A DNA stretch of 64,000 nucleotides from an uncultured bacterium (GCA_963707655.1 OY970172.1:768001-832000); one strand, 5' to 3'. Numbered from the stretch's first letter, positions 10,473-20,832 are shown. A program made the numbers and translations. The notes: generated by a model not told the origin, from the letters alone.

Positions 10473-11711
10473 TTAATATATTGGGTGCTTCATACACAGC
10501 TGCTTTGTTTTTTCTTTAATCTCCGTGAGTTTTTGTTCATCGGCGCGATGAGTAATTGCGGCATCAATTAATGCAACAATCTCTTTTGCCTCGTTTTCTT
10601 TCATGCCTCGCGTTGAGATTGCGGGAGATCCAATTCTAATGCCGCTGGTGATCCATGGCTTTTCCGGATCAAAAGGTATGGTGCTACGGCTTACGGTAAT
10701 ACCAACTTTTTCAAGCAACAATTCTGCTGCGCGTCCGGCAATTTCTTTTGAGCGTAAATCTACAATGAATAAATGATTGTCGGTGCCACCGGCAACAATC
10801 CGATAGCCACGCGTAACAAATTCTTGTGCCATAGTTTTGGCATTGTTGATTACCTGTTGCTGGTATTCAATAAAATCAGGTTGTAGCGCTTCGTTAAAGG
10901 CAACCGCTTTGGCTGCGATCACATTCATAAATGGGCCACCCTGCACCCCGGGAATAATGGTTTTATCAATGCTTTGGGCAAATTCTTTTTTGCACATAAT
11001 AAGACCGCCGCGTGGACCACGCAATGTTTTATGAGTGGTGCTTGTGACGAAATCAGCGTGAGGAAAAGGATTGGGATGCAGTTGCGCCGCAATAAGGCCC
11101 GCGATGTGGGCAATATCAGCCATTAAATAAGCACCTGCTTTTTTGGCGATCTGGCCAAAACGCTCAAAATCAATTGTGCGTGAATAGGCAGATGCACCGA
11201 CAACAATCAGCTTTGGCTTGTGTTCCAGAGCTAATTTTTCAACCTCATCATAATCAATCATTTCTGTTTCTTTGTTGACTCCATATTGCACACTCTTAAA
11301 AAAACGGCCCGAAAAATTGACGCCGTGACCATGAGTGAGATGACCACCTTCTGATAAACTCATGCCCATAAGAGTATCGCCGGGATTGAGCACAGAAAAA
11401 TAGACTCCCATATTGGCGTTTGATCCTGATAGTGGCTGAACATTTACATGTTCGGCATTAAATAACTGTTTACAGCGCTCTATGGCTATTGTTTCAGCCT
11501 GATCAACGTATTGGCACCCGCCATAATAACGTTTTCCCGGGTATCCTTCTGCATATTTATTAGTGAGCACAGAACCGGTTGCTTCCATTACGGCGCATGA
11601 AGCATAATTTTCAGAAGCAATGAGATCAATTTCTTGTTGCTGGCGCGTTTCTTCATTATGAATGATTGCAAAGAGTGCGGGGTCTGTTTTTTGTAAAGAA
11701 GTATTAATCAT
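10473..11711 (-). CDS. glyA: serine hydroxymethyltransferase
   Basis: [41 protein letters not shown]; start taken at ATG 11711. Confidence 0.98.
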   Translation of the reverse strand: MINTSLQKTDPALFAIIHNEETRQQQEIDLIASENYASCAVMEATGSVLTNKYAEGYPGKRYYGGCQYVDQAETIAIERCKQLFNAEHVNVQPLSGSNANMGVYFSVLNPGDTLMGMSLSEGGHLTHGHGVNFSGRFFKSVQYGVNKETEMIDYDEVEKLALEHKPKLIVVGASAYSRTIDFERFGQIAKKAGAYLMADIAHIAGLIAAQLHPNPFPHADFVTSTTHKTLRGPRGGLIMCKKEFAQSIDKTIIPGVQGGPFMNVIAAKAVAFNEALQPDFIEYQQQVINNAKTMAQEFVTRGYRIVAGGTDNHLFIVDLRSKEIAGRAAELLLEKVGITVSRSTIPFDPEKPWITSGIRIGSPAISTRGMKENEAKEIVALIDAAITHRADEQKLTEIKEKTKQLCMKHPIY

Positions 11712-11971
11712 TTTTTTGCCTATTAATGGGTTATGGAGAAGAGTTGCATTGCGGCTATTAATGTTTGATAACAAATGTTACTACATCTTAAAAAAATCAA
11801 TGAAAAATGCAAATGAGATACGCGTTAAAGTGAACGGTTTAAAAAAGCTGTTGTATTGCCTTTGTTTTTATGTTAATTACTTACGGTGTATAATAACTAT
11901 TTTATTTTTTAAGTAAGGATTATAACAATCATGGTGGTTTCCAGACGCGGCGTAATGTCTTATTGTAAAGG

Positions 11972-12015
11972 TAAAATGCCGTTTTTTGACCACACTATCA
12001 AAAAACGGCATTTTA
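11972..12015. terminator. 18-bp perfect inverted repeat, likely terminator of 12078..12926
   Basis: taaaatgccgttttttga / tcaaaaaacggcatttta. Confidence 0.75.
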
Positions 12016-12077
12016 AAATTTCTTCAATTATTTGGCTGGTAATTGTAACTCTTTATATAATGCGATGATAACGCATA

Positions 12078-12926
12078 TTATTCAGTTTCGACCTGAATAT
12101 TCCCACCGCGTTCGAATATATAAAGATCTGTATCGTCCGTTTCGAAAGTGCCTGAGGCATTATCGGCAGTAGTTACAGAAAATCTCTTTGTATTGCCATG
12201 ATCAACAGAGACCGTTTGGCCCGCAGGAGCAGTGTATTCTTTGCCATTTACGCCAAAAGTAACCTCTCCGCCTGTTCGATTGGTGACATTCCACTCACCT
12301 TGGTTTTTATTATTTATCAGTTGTTCATCAGAGTTATCATATACTGGCGCATAGTCATAATCAGCATCAGAATCAACGTTAGAACCTATGGACGGCCATA
12401 ACCAGAACCATGGGTAAAACCCAAATCCGAGCCAGCCCCACCAAGGGAGTCCCCACCATAAGCCACCAAACCAGCCCCAACCACCCCAGCCGCCCCAATT
12501 ATTGTGCCAGCCATGATTATTGTTAAAATGACCGTTGTGACCGTGTGCGCCATGAGCACCGTGAGCGCTATGAGCGCCATGTGCTCCTGCAGCGTGTGCC
12601 GTATGACCAGTTGCTGCGTGACTTGCGCCAACAGAACGTGCTGAATGCATGGTACCACTTCGTGCAGCTGCAGTATGCGCTCCGGCTGCACCGCCGGCAC
12701 GAGCATAGCCGCCTCCGCGTGCGTATCCGCCATGATAACCTCCGCCACCGCCAAAACTACGTCCGCCGCCGCCAAAGCCGCCGCCACGTCCGCCTCCTCC
12801 TCCAAAGCCGTGGCCTCCGCCACCGCCGCCATGACCTCCTCCGCCACCGCGGCTCAATAATGAATGGGATACATTGAGTAATCCCAATACCGCTACAGCG
12901 ATCATACTGTATCGTAAAATTTTCAT
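12078..12926 (-). CDS. secreted Gly/His/Trp-rich low-complexity protein
   Basis: Signal peptide, poly-Gly/RGG, AHG repeats, W/G-rich segment, small C-terminal beta domain. Confidence 0.8.
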   Translation of the reverse strand: MKILRYSMIAVAVLGLLNVSHSLLSRGGGGGHGGGGGGHGFGGGGGRGGGFGGGGRSFGGGGGYHGGYARGGGYARAGGAAGAHTAAARSGTMHSARSVGASHAATGHTAHAAGAHGAHSAHGAHGAHGHNGHFNNNHGWHNNWGGWGGWGWFGGLWWGLPWWGWLGFGFYPWFWLWPSIGSNVDSDADYDYAPVYDNSDEQLINNKNQGEWNVTNRTGGEVTFGVNGKEYTAPAGQTVSVDHGNTKRFSVTTADNASGTFETDDTDLYIFERGGNIQVETE

Positions 12927-13150
12927 AATGATTCCCTTTCTAAATATTAAAATTTATCGCTATTGTCACAATATTGCCCTTTATACAAGCAAATAATCGA
13001 GACAAACCCCTTTATAGATATCATTCTTATTCAAGGCTTCATATATAGATATTAATACAATTAGAGTATCAAAGACAACGATATTGCAAGTTTTTATTGT
13101 TGATAATCTTTTTAATGATGCATAAGATCAGAAAATATATCTTCGGTATT

Positions 13151-13184
13151 AAAAAAAACCGCTTTTTTATGAGCGGCTTTTTTT
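13151..13184 (-). terminator. intrinsic terminator
   Basis: A-run, ccgctt/gagcgg stem, T-run, downstream of 13207..13740. Confidence 0.65.
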
Positions 13185-13206
13185 AGTAAAGAGAAAATAG
13201 AGGATT

Positions 13207-13740
13207 TTAGTTAGCCATTGGATTGTGATCTTCACTTACGTCTATTTTGTATACGGGAGCGATATTGTTTTCGCTATCTTTATTGAATTCTAAAGAGATT
13301 CTATAAAGATGTGGTTTACTCACTTCTTTTTCTCCACTCACTTTGTTTTGCCAAAATGCTACGGTTTTATCATTTTTGGTGAGTTTTATGGTATTGGTAA
13401 TCATTGAACCATGACCTTTTCCGGTATGTTCCGCCGATACATGAAGTTGGAACATGCTTGGCACTTCTTCTGAGCCAATTTCAATAATATTCTCATTAAA
13501 GTTCTTATTACCGACTGTTTTAAGGCGTAAATCGCTAATATCTTCTTGTGGTTTGCAGGTAATGTCTTTACCGCAGCGTTGGTGCACCAAATTATTTCTT
13601 TCAGTAGTAAATACGTTGATCAGCAATTGCTGGCCAGTGTGATTGGTAAGGTCAGCTAACTTAAATTGTGACCCTGCAAGTGCAGATCCGCTGATTGTCA
13701 GGCATAACAATGCGGCAATTAATTGTATATTGTTTTTCAT
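13207..13740 (-). CDS. secreted hypothetical protein
   Basis: Signal peptide ending ALA; beta-rich mature part. Confidence 0.75.
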   Translation of the reverse strand: MKNNIQLIAALLCLTISGSALAGSQFKLADLTNHTGQQLLINVFTTERNNLVHQRCGKDITCKPQEDISDLRLKTVGNKNFNENIIEIGSEEVPSMFQLHVSAEHTGKGHGSMITNTIKLTKNDKTVAFWQNKVSGEKEVSKPHLYRISLEFNKDSENNIAPVYKIDVSEDHNPMAN

Positions 13741-14121
13741 AGGGGGACCCTTTTTGGTTAATAAAAAAATTAAAAATATTTATTTCTAATTCTAATTGTA
13801 AATTATTTACCACCTCGTTAGTCAACATTTTTGAATAACATTTTTTATTTTTTTTATTGAAGCGTAAAAAGGCTCATATCTGCGCGCTAATTTTTATGGT
13901 GAATCAAAAAATTAGTGAGTTATTTGTTTTGGTTTAGAAGTACTTATTCCGGAGTCATATAGGCATTTGTGTGAAATTTTGGATAATAAGCGTCTCTTGG
14001 TATCAAAAAAAGAGCTATTATGCATGGCTTGAGCTCCGCATTTCCTTGGTCCCTCATAAACAAGTGCAGGCGCGTGGCTTATTAATCAGGTGGATGGGTA
14101 TCTGTCCGGCTGCTGTTAACC

Positions 14122-14158
14122 AATAAAAAAGCTCTGACCTTCATCAGAGCTTTTTATT
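14122..14158. terminator. intrinsic terminator
   Basis: aaaaagctctga / tcagagcttttt stem with A/T tails. Confidence 0.75.
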
Positions 14159-14177
14159 AATTACCATTTTGCCTGTT

Positions 14178-14606
14178 TTACAGTTGTGGCAGCGGCTCTA
14201 TCTGGCTGAGCCGCAACAGTTCTTGTATGTTTTCGAGCTTTTCATCTCGTTTTCTTTTAATTTTTATTCTTTGTTTTTTGAGATTGTTTCTTTGTGCAAT
14301 CTGCGGCATTAATAGGTTATCATATATCCACATGCGGTCAGATATATCTCCTGCTTGCGCAAACATGGCCCTTCTAATCTGTATTTGTTTTTCTGCTTGG
14401 GCACTCTGTGCTTTTAAAGCTTCTTCTTGCGCATATAAGGCCGCCCTGTCTTCGTATTCCAAAGGCAAGCATCTTTCTGCCGCTAATTGCGCCAATGCTT
14501 CAAGCCCTGCTCTGTTTTCGCTGTTTTCATAGCCATCGTGCTCCATGGATAATGCAATACTGCCAGAAACCAGCAACAATGTGGCTATAACTATCTTGAT
14601 ATTCAT
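14178..14606 (-). CDS. secreted helical hypothetical protein
   Basis: Signal peptide then MEHD; GAGG RBS; basic C-terminal helix. Confidence 0.75.
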   Translation of the reverse strand: MNIKIVIATLLLVSGSIALSMEHDGYENSENRAGLEALAQLAAERCLPLEYEDRAALYAQEEALKAQSAQAEKQIQIRRAMFAQAGDISDRMWIYDNLLMPQIAQRNNLKKQRIKIKRKRDEKLENIQELLRLSQIEPLPQL

Positions 14607-14630
14607 AAGTAACCTCTCATAAAAATTATT

Positions 14631-15194
14631 TTAATTGCTCTTGTATTTACTTTTTGCTTCTTGTATCTCGGTATTGAGCGCATTTATCTTGCTCTTATAA
14701 CGATCTCGCTGAACCAGCGATTTTTTATATTCAGCTAAGGCAACCCTACGTTGTTCAGGAGTGTGAGAACTAGAGTCACTGGTGAGCTGACGAAACTCTT
14801 TGCCCAATTCATCTTCCATGATCTTGCCCTGCTCCTCAAGTATATTTTTAGCATCCTCAAGAAGCTCAACCAATGTCGCATTTTGTGGCAGGCCATTTCT
14901 TTTTTTCACCGGTGCTCGCGGCCTTAAAAGATACCAGCCGGCAAACCCAGCAATACCGATACCCGCTACAGTGCCGCCCGCTAACATCATCTTTTTTTTG
15001 TTCCAACGGCTTATTTGATGGTTTGATGGGGATATTTCTTTGAGTGCGGCAAGCAATCCGCCGACATATCGATCAACCCATGATGATGTGTGGCCATCAG
15101 CCCATGCCCCCGGCACTACACACAACAGACTGATTACAATAAACAGTGTGCGCGCGAGGATTATCACTCCCCGCCTATTATTTCTTACTGACAT
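14631..15194 (-). CDS. membrane-anchored coiled-coil hypothetical protein
   Basis: Hydrophobic N-terminus, Gly-rich TM (GGTVAGIGIAGFAGWYLL), C-terminal coiled coil. Confidence 0.7.
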   Translation of the reverse strand: MSVRNNRRGVIILARTLFIVISLLCVVPGAWADGHTSSWVDRYVGGLLAALKEISPSNHQISRWNKKKMMLAGGTVAGIGIAGFAGWYLLRPRAPVKKRNGLPQNATLVELLEDAKNILEEQGKIMEDELGKEFRQLTSDSSSHTPEQRRVALAEYKKSLVQRDRYKSKINALNTEIQEAKSKYKSN

Positions 15195-15317
15195 AAAAAA
15201 CCTCTATGAAATATGATTTTGAACCATGGTGAATCACTGATTAACCACTTCTAAAAATTTTACCATAGAAATTAATTTTTATCCAGGCGCACCACGCTGT
15301 GCCGTAAATGGGTATTG

Positions 15318-16310
15318 CTAAAAGCGTTTTGATTTGAGATCGTTTTCCAATATTACAAGGTCGCGATACACCATCTCTGCCACGCAGGCTCTGCCGGGAT
15401 AACACCTAGACCGTGGATTCATTGCTTCACGATTGATCATACAAAATTTTTGAGCCTCCTTCAGGCACTTCATTTCAGGCAATATGTTATCTGCGCCCAC
15501 ATATTTCATCGCGATTAATAGATTGGCTTTTGCTCTTGTGATTGCCTGGCGTCTTGTCATCCCTCGCTTGCCATACGCTTTTTTCTCGGGGATACGCGAT
15601 TGTTTTTTGGGTTGCGGCGTGGCCACCGGTTGCCCGGTGAGTTCGGCAATGATCTGCGCCTTGAGAGATCTGGCATGATCTATATGCGTTTTTTTGAGAT
15701 TTTTTATGACTTTTCTCAATGCTTGAGTATCATCGCCATTTATACGATAAGATTTGGGCATCCACCGACACTCCTCGTTATAAATTATTGTGTAGCATTG
15801 CAAATATTGTTTTTGTACAAGCTCTTTTTCTGCTTTCAGTTTTAGCGATATAGACTCCAACGTCGTGATCTTGGCACAAATCGATTTGATCGTTGGATCG
15901 CGGATAATCATTGCCTCACGCACAAGCACATCATTATCTGTGCCACATGGATTAATTGCATCAGAAGCAAGGAGCTCTTCAAGAAGGGAATTCAGTTCAC
16001 GGGTCTCATTTTCTACCAGCGTGTGATCGCGAATAGTTTTAGCCAACGATTCACACGTCCGCACAAAAAGATCGTATTCCCGTTCGCGTTTGCCTCGCGA
16101 GCAGCAGAAGATGCGATCAACAGAAGCACCAATGCGAAAAGCAATTGTTTCATACCGGTTGTTGGTTTGATTATTGGAAAACCCATTGTATCCATCTTTG
16201 AACGCATAAAGAGGCCGCAGATGCCATGGCGCATCGCTAGAAGATTCACCGGCGCGCATGGTATGTAGCGCGAGAGCACATTGCACAATTATGAAAATGG
16301 TAATACGCAT
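15318..16310 (-). CDS. secreted hypothetical protein
   Basis: 330-aa ORF with signal-like N-terminus and GGAG RBS. Confidence 0.7.
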   Translation of the reverse strand: MRITIFIIVQCALALHTMRAGESSSDAPWHLRPLYAFKDGYNGFSNNQTNNRYETIAFRIGASVDRIFCCSRGKREREYDLFVRTCESLAKTIRDHTLVENETRELNSLLEELLASDAINPCGTDNDVLVREAMIIRDPTIKSICAKITTLESISLKLKAEKELVQKQYLQCYTIIYNEECRWMPKSYRINGDDTQALRKVIKNLKKTHIDHARSLKAQIIAELTGQPVATPQPKKQSRIPEKKAYGKRGMTRRQAITRAKANLLIAMKYVGADNILPEMKCLKEAQKFCMINREAMNPRSRCYPGRACVAEMVYRDLVILENDLKSKRF

Positions 16311-16559
16311 GAGCTATTTTCTCCGTATTAACTCAGTGAAGTTTTTTGAATAGTAAACTTTGGAGGTAAGTCTAATCGTAATCATCTGAAACTTCAATAG
16401 CATGCTCTGGTTCTGCAACGAAGAAAAGCATTCTGCAAAATTACCTAATTGAATTTCAATGCGCAACTGATACTCTTAATTAAAGAGGGTTTGTTCATCC
16501 ACAAACAGTGTGGCCAAACACCCATTCGAAGTAATCTCAAATAAAGTGGAGAACATATC

Positions 16560-17027
16560 ATGACCATCGTTAAAAAAATAAGGTTGTATATCTGCCTCGC
16601 GCTTACGACCATAACCATGGGCAATGCGCACGGGGCTGAGAGCTCCACTCAAGACGAATGGCCAGCTTATTCTTTAACGCTCGACATACACAGAAGAAAT
16701 GAAACACCGGCATATGTTAAGTTTACGCTGATGGACAGAGGGCATGAGATAGGGCACATAAACGGATACCTGCCATATGCCGATGATGTTTATGGATGTA
16801 TTCTGAGTCTGAATGTCGAGAATGCTTGGCAAGGCAAGGGTGTTGGGAGCTGGCTCCTGCAATTATTTACCAAAGAATGTGATAAGCGGGTGCATGGCGA
16901 TCTGAACCAAGGCCTCAAGTTATACTCGCTGACGGGGAGTGTTAGTTTTTATGAAAAACATGGTTTTGTTAAAGAAAATCCGAACGCCATAAATGGTCCT
17001 TTTGACATGATTCGGAAAAAAAATTGA
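16560..17027 (+). CDS. GNAT family N-acetyltransferase with signal peptide
   Basis: LNVENAWQGKGVGSWLL (motif A), SFYEKHGF (motif B). Confidence 0.85.
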   Translation: MTIVKKIRLYICLALTTITMGNAHGAESSTQDEWPAYSLTLDIHRRNETPAYVKFTLMDRGHEIGHINGYLPYADDVYGCILSLNVENAWQGKGVGSWLLQLFTKECDKRVHGDLNQGLKLYSLTGSVSFYEKHGFVKENPNAINGPFDMIRKKN

Positions 17028-17108
17028 TCAACATGGGTAATCTTTACCAAAACAGTATTTCGTTTGATTTGCAATAACATACTATCTGTACAAGATTGAT
17101 GCTTGAAC

Positions 17109-17162
17109 AAATAAAAAAGCCGCCGTATCTGATTTTTAACAGGCACCGCGGCTTTTTTATTG
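17109..17162. terminator. bidirectional terminator between convergent genes
   Basis: aaataaaaaagccgc ... gcggcttttttattt. Confidence 0.7.
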
Positions 17163-17178
17163 TACTTTTTATGGTTAT

Positions 17179-17640
17179 TTAAAATCCATAGCCATTACCA
17201 AAAAAAGGCCCATTTTTATAGCCTAAATAATAGGGATATGCACGATAATAAGGGGGCAAATAATCTACATATGTAGGGCTTTTGTAAGAATAATAATTAG
17301 AATAATAAGGGTAATCCCACTCTGAATCATTATAATCTTCAAAATTTTGTCGTATGGGCTTATAGCTGTCTTTAAAATTTTCATCATCTTCTCTTAACCC
17401 AACAGGATTTGCATAACTATAGCCGGACCTATTGTGTCGCAATGGGCCTGAATCAGTACTTCGTGTATATCTTTCAGTAGATTCTCCTGATCCTCTACCA
17501 TGATGATGGTGCATAGAGTGCTCAGAATTTTCATAAGGGCACGGTACATCATCAGCAACATCGCAATCTGCGCGCAAGGATGCCGCTTGAAGCATGAGTG
17601 CAATGGCAAAAATTCTCAATAATAGTGTTTTTTTATTCAT
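17179..17640 (-). CDS. secreted Tyr-rich low-complexity protein
   Basis: Signal peptide, HHHH, Y/P-rich C-terminal half. Confidence 0.7.
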   Translation of the reverse strand: MNKKTLLLRIFAIALMLQAASLRADCDVADDVPCPYENSEHSMHHHHGRGSGESTERYTRSTDSGPLRHNRSGYSYANPVGLREDDENFKDSYKPIRQNFEDYNDSEWDYPYYSNYYSYKSPTYVDYLPPYYRAYPYYLGYKNGPFFGNGYGF

Positions 17641-17786
17641 TGTAGCCCTTTTTTTAATAATCTTGATATACGATAATTTTAATACAGATTAGATTAAATA
17701 ATCAATGGTTTTGCAATATTATCATTGCAGTCTGAATATTTTTAATGTTATTTTGGTAATGGCAGAAAAACAAAGGAGAAACAATA

Positions 17787-19790
17787 ATGATACGTATGAT
17801 AAAAATAGCGCTTGTGCTCGGGCTATATTCCTCTTTTTTGATCCATGGCGCTGAAATTCCCGCTCAAAATTGGGATGTATCAATACAATGTAGCGACGGA
17901 ACGGTTCACTTAACTCAACAGGAATGGGCTTCTCTCGTGAATGCATCTGAAACAATGAGAGATCTTGCAAATAATAGCCAGCAACCAGAAGACAATGCGG
18001 TGGTTCTAGACATGTCTACGATGAATAAAGAGAGACTGAAGCGTGTATTATCTCTTATACAAAATCAAACAGATATTAACAAAAAGCTGCAAACACTGAA
18101 TTTTGAAGAACAACTATACTTATTCGGAGATAGTGATTTTCTGAATATTCCCTCCATTCTTCATCCTTTAAACCCCATCATAATTGAAGGTTTATCTGCA
18201 GATAAGGGTAATTTTTTGAAAGAATTCTCCAAAAACAAACAGGATGCCGTGATACGCTTAAGCTCTTATGGCATCGATATGAGCAACACTGATATTGGCT
18301 ACGGCATGATTAAGCCCCGCCTCAATGATCTATGGGCTCCTTCGGTCATGCGTCTTACCGGCCATACAAATGACATAACGTCAGTAGCATGGAGTCCCGA
18401 TGGCACCAAGGCTGCCTCTGGATCATGGGATAACACTATACGCGTAAATGATTCTCGTACGGGAGCTTTGCTCCTAACGATCACCGGCCATACAGATGCG
18501 ATTACCTCAGTGGCATGGAGTCCTGATGGCACCAAGATTGCCTCTGGCTCACGCGATGAAACGGTATGCATCTGGAATGCTGCCACGGGCCAGCTGCTAA
18601 AAACGCTGCGGCCGCCTGCTGCATCTGTTATTACATCAGTAGCATGGAGCCCTGATAGCACCAAGATTGCCTCTGGCTCACGCGATGAAACGGTATGCAT
18701 CTGGGATGCCGCCACGGGCCAGCTGCTAAACGTGCTGAACGGCCATACAGACATTGTCACATCGGTAGCATGGAGTCCTGATGGGACCAAAATTGCTTCC
18801 GGTTCGCAGGACAAAACAGTACGCATCTGGCACGCTGACACGGGCCAGCCGCTAAACGTGCTCAACGGCCACACAGACATCGTCACATCAGTGGCGTGGA
18901 GCCCTAATGGCACCAAGATTGCCTCCGGTTCGTATGACAAAACAATACGTATCTGGGATGCTATCACACACCAGCAGTTAAACGTGCTCAGTGGTCATAC
19001 AGACATCGTCACATCAGTGGCGTGGAGTCCAGACAGCTCCAAGGTAGCCGGCTCACACGGCAAAACGATACGCATTTGGGACGTCATTACAAGCCAGCCA
19101 TTATATACGTTGGCCGACCTTAAAAAAATAAGTAATCCTACTCCTAATAACCGTCCTGCGCTTTCTCCTGTTGCGCGCGCGGCTCTTCCTAGACTTTTCG
19201 TGTTTGGTGGTACGTTTCTTTACGCCGTTGTTGGATATCTTGCCTTCTTGCGCCCTGGCACGGTTAAAAGGAGGCGTGAAATAAATGAAATGATCACCCT
19301 TAATAATACCTACAAACACAACACCAGCTTTGAACCAGGCCCTCTTCTATCAACAAATATGGCGCGTCTTGATGCAATCTATGCCATACTTCTCGCCCCA
19401 CTTGGTGTCCTCGCTGGCCTGGATAGCATACCTATACTCAAAAGTATCACTCAGAAACACCTTGCTCCCGAGCGCATTACTTCAGTGGCATGGAGCCCTG
19501 ATGGCGTCAAAATTCTGTCTGGTTCAACAAATAGGCTTGTTCGCATCTACGACGTAAAGCCACTTTTTTTTATTCGACACATTACCATGCTAGAAGCCTT
19601 TGAGCTGCTTACCACTTTTCAAGACAAGCCACTTGCGGTTGCGCAAGAGCTCTTTGATGCAATAATATTTAAGAAAATAGAGAAACAAGAAACATACAAG
19701 CTACCATTATCGAAAAAAGAGGTAATTCAATCGCTTGTGCGCACGCGCAACAACCCAAAAGCTTCTTCTTCGAATGCTACTCAACAATAG
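17787..19790 (+). CDS. secreted Skp1/BTB-like + WD40 repeat protein
   Basis: Seven TSVAWSP(D/N) WD40 units; N-domain resembles Skp1/POZ; AAGGAG RBS. Confidence 0.85.
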   Translation: MIRMIKIALVLGLYSSFLIHGAEIPAQNWDVSIQCSDGTVHLTQQEWASLVNASETMRDLANNSQQPEDNAVVLDMSTMNKERLKRVLSLIQNQTDINKKLQTLNFEEQLYLFGDSDFLNIPSILHPLNPIIIEGLSADKGNFLKEFSKNKQDAVIRLSSYGIDMSNTDIGYGMIKPRLNDLWAPSVMRLTGHTNDITSVAWSPDGTKAASGSWDNTIRVNDSRTGALLLTITGHTDAITSVAWSPDGTKIASGSRDETVCIWNAATGQLLKTLRPPAASVITSVAWSPDSTKIASGSRDETVCIWDAATGQLLNVLNGHTDIVTSVAWSPDGTKIASGSQDKTVRIWHADTGQPLNVLNGHTDIVTSVAWSPNGTKIASGSYDKTIRIWDAITHQQLNVLSGHTDIVTSVAWSPDSSKVAGSHGKTIRIWDVITSQPLYTLADLKKISNPTPNNRPALSPVARAALPRLFVFGGTFLYAVVGYLAFLRPGTVKRRREINEMITLNNTYKHNTSFEPGPLLSTNMARLDAIYAILLAPLGVLAGLDSIPILKSITQKHLAPERITSVAWSPDGVKILSGSTNRLVRIYDVKPLFFIRHITMLEAFELLTTFQDKPLAVAQELFDAIIFKKIEKQETYKLPLSKKEVIQSLVRTRNNPKASSSNATQQ

Positions 19791-19922
19791 CCATTTTTTA
19801 TGTATTGTTTTAGTAGAATTTTTTTTGTAACGGGCTTCATAATCTTTTTATTGTAATTCCCCCAGTTTTTATTATAATCTCCGATAGTGCCTTTTGGTCA
19901 ATAAACTCACGCGATAAAAAAG

Positions 19923-20780
19923 ATGTTTGTAATGAAGAAGTTAGGGATAGTATTAATAATATTTTTTATGCTGTTGCCAGGATGCGCGCATATCAAAAGA
20001 ACAAAAATCGCGCAGCAAGACGCCCCCTTAAAACAACAAAAAAATAGTGTGCCCACCGTACAACAAAACAGCGAAAAAAAACCTATTCTTGTCTCATTTG
20101 CTCCGGCAATGTTGTACAAAAAAGATACGGACAGCAGCAGTGCACAGCTAAAAAACATGCAAGAAATCCTTGATTTGCTTCCTTCTTTAAAAGCAAGTAG
20201 CTACCTGTCACTTGCCTATCATGTATTGCTTCAAGAAACATCTCCCCTTAAAGATAAAATCACCCTGTACCATGCATTAAAAAAATTATCTCATGACCAA
20301 TCAACCAATGATGTATTACAGTTTTTTATTCACGTATTATCTGAAAATGAAGCCTATCTGACCGAACATCCTTTACGTGATTTACACACTTCTTTGGTAA
20401 ATGCCTCTTCTCTTGAGTCATCTGATTTTTTTAAAGAGCATCCTGAGATTAGTGATGTAGTCTGGCCACTTGAGGAATTATACAAAACGGGAAATAACCT
20501 GCTGCAGGAGGCGGTACGCCTTAACAATTATGCAGCGGTGCACTATTTGCTTAAAAAAGGAGCGCTGCCGCGCCACCTTGATGATCCGCGTGGAGCGGTG
20601 CTTGCTTTGGAATGGGCAGATAAATATAGATATCAGAATATTGCCCAAGAGCTTTCATTAACGCTTAATCAAATCAGCGGCGAGCATATTACGATCCTTG
20701 ACGAACTGTTATATAAAGATCCCCATGCTGCACAATTAGTGCGTAAATACGGGGGCAAAAGAGCAATTGAGCTTATTTAG
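19923..20780 (+). CDS. putative lipoprotein with ankyrin-like repeat
   Basis: Lipobox-like LPGC; GNNLLQEAVRLNNYAAVHYLLKKGA. Confidence 0.65.
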   Translation: MFVMKKLGIVLIIFFMLLPGCAHIKRTKIAQQDAPLKQQKNSVPTVQQNSEKKPILVSFAPAMLYKKDTDSSSAQLKNMQEILDLLPSLKASSYLSLAYHVLLQETSPLKDKITLYHALKKLSHDQSTNDVLQFFIHVLSENEAYLTEHPLRDLHTSLVNASSLESSDFFKEHPEISDVVWPLEELYKTGNNLLQEAVRLNNYAAVHYLLKKGALPRHLDDPRGAVLALEWADKYRYQNIAQELSLTLNQISGEHITILDELLYKDPHAAQLVRKYGGKRAIELI

Positions 20781-20832
20781 AACTTGTCACAAGAATGTAA
20801 GGGGTTTGATCCCTTGATCACCAATGATCAAT

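Noticed and set aside
12386..12877. Alternative-frame ORFs over the Gly-rich gene
   Set aside because: Shadow ORFs from GGC/GCC repeats; only the 12078..12926 frame has an RBS and signal peptide.
13930..14125. Possible pseudogene fragment in a long spacer
   Set aside because: Short open frames with no recognisable product or supported start.
12078..17640. Integron-like cassette array
   Set aside because: Spacer hairpins are unrelated to each other and have A/T tails like terminators; I saw no attC boxes or integrase.
18299..18967. 222-aa antisense ORF
   Set aside because: Antisense shadow of the WD40 repeats.
18340..19090. CRISPR-like or DGR-like DNA repeats (also 43000-45100)
   Set aside because: Repeats are in-frame WD40 units of about 126-129 nt; no spacers, cas genes, reverse transcriptase or evident adenine-specific variation.
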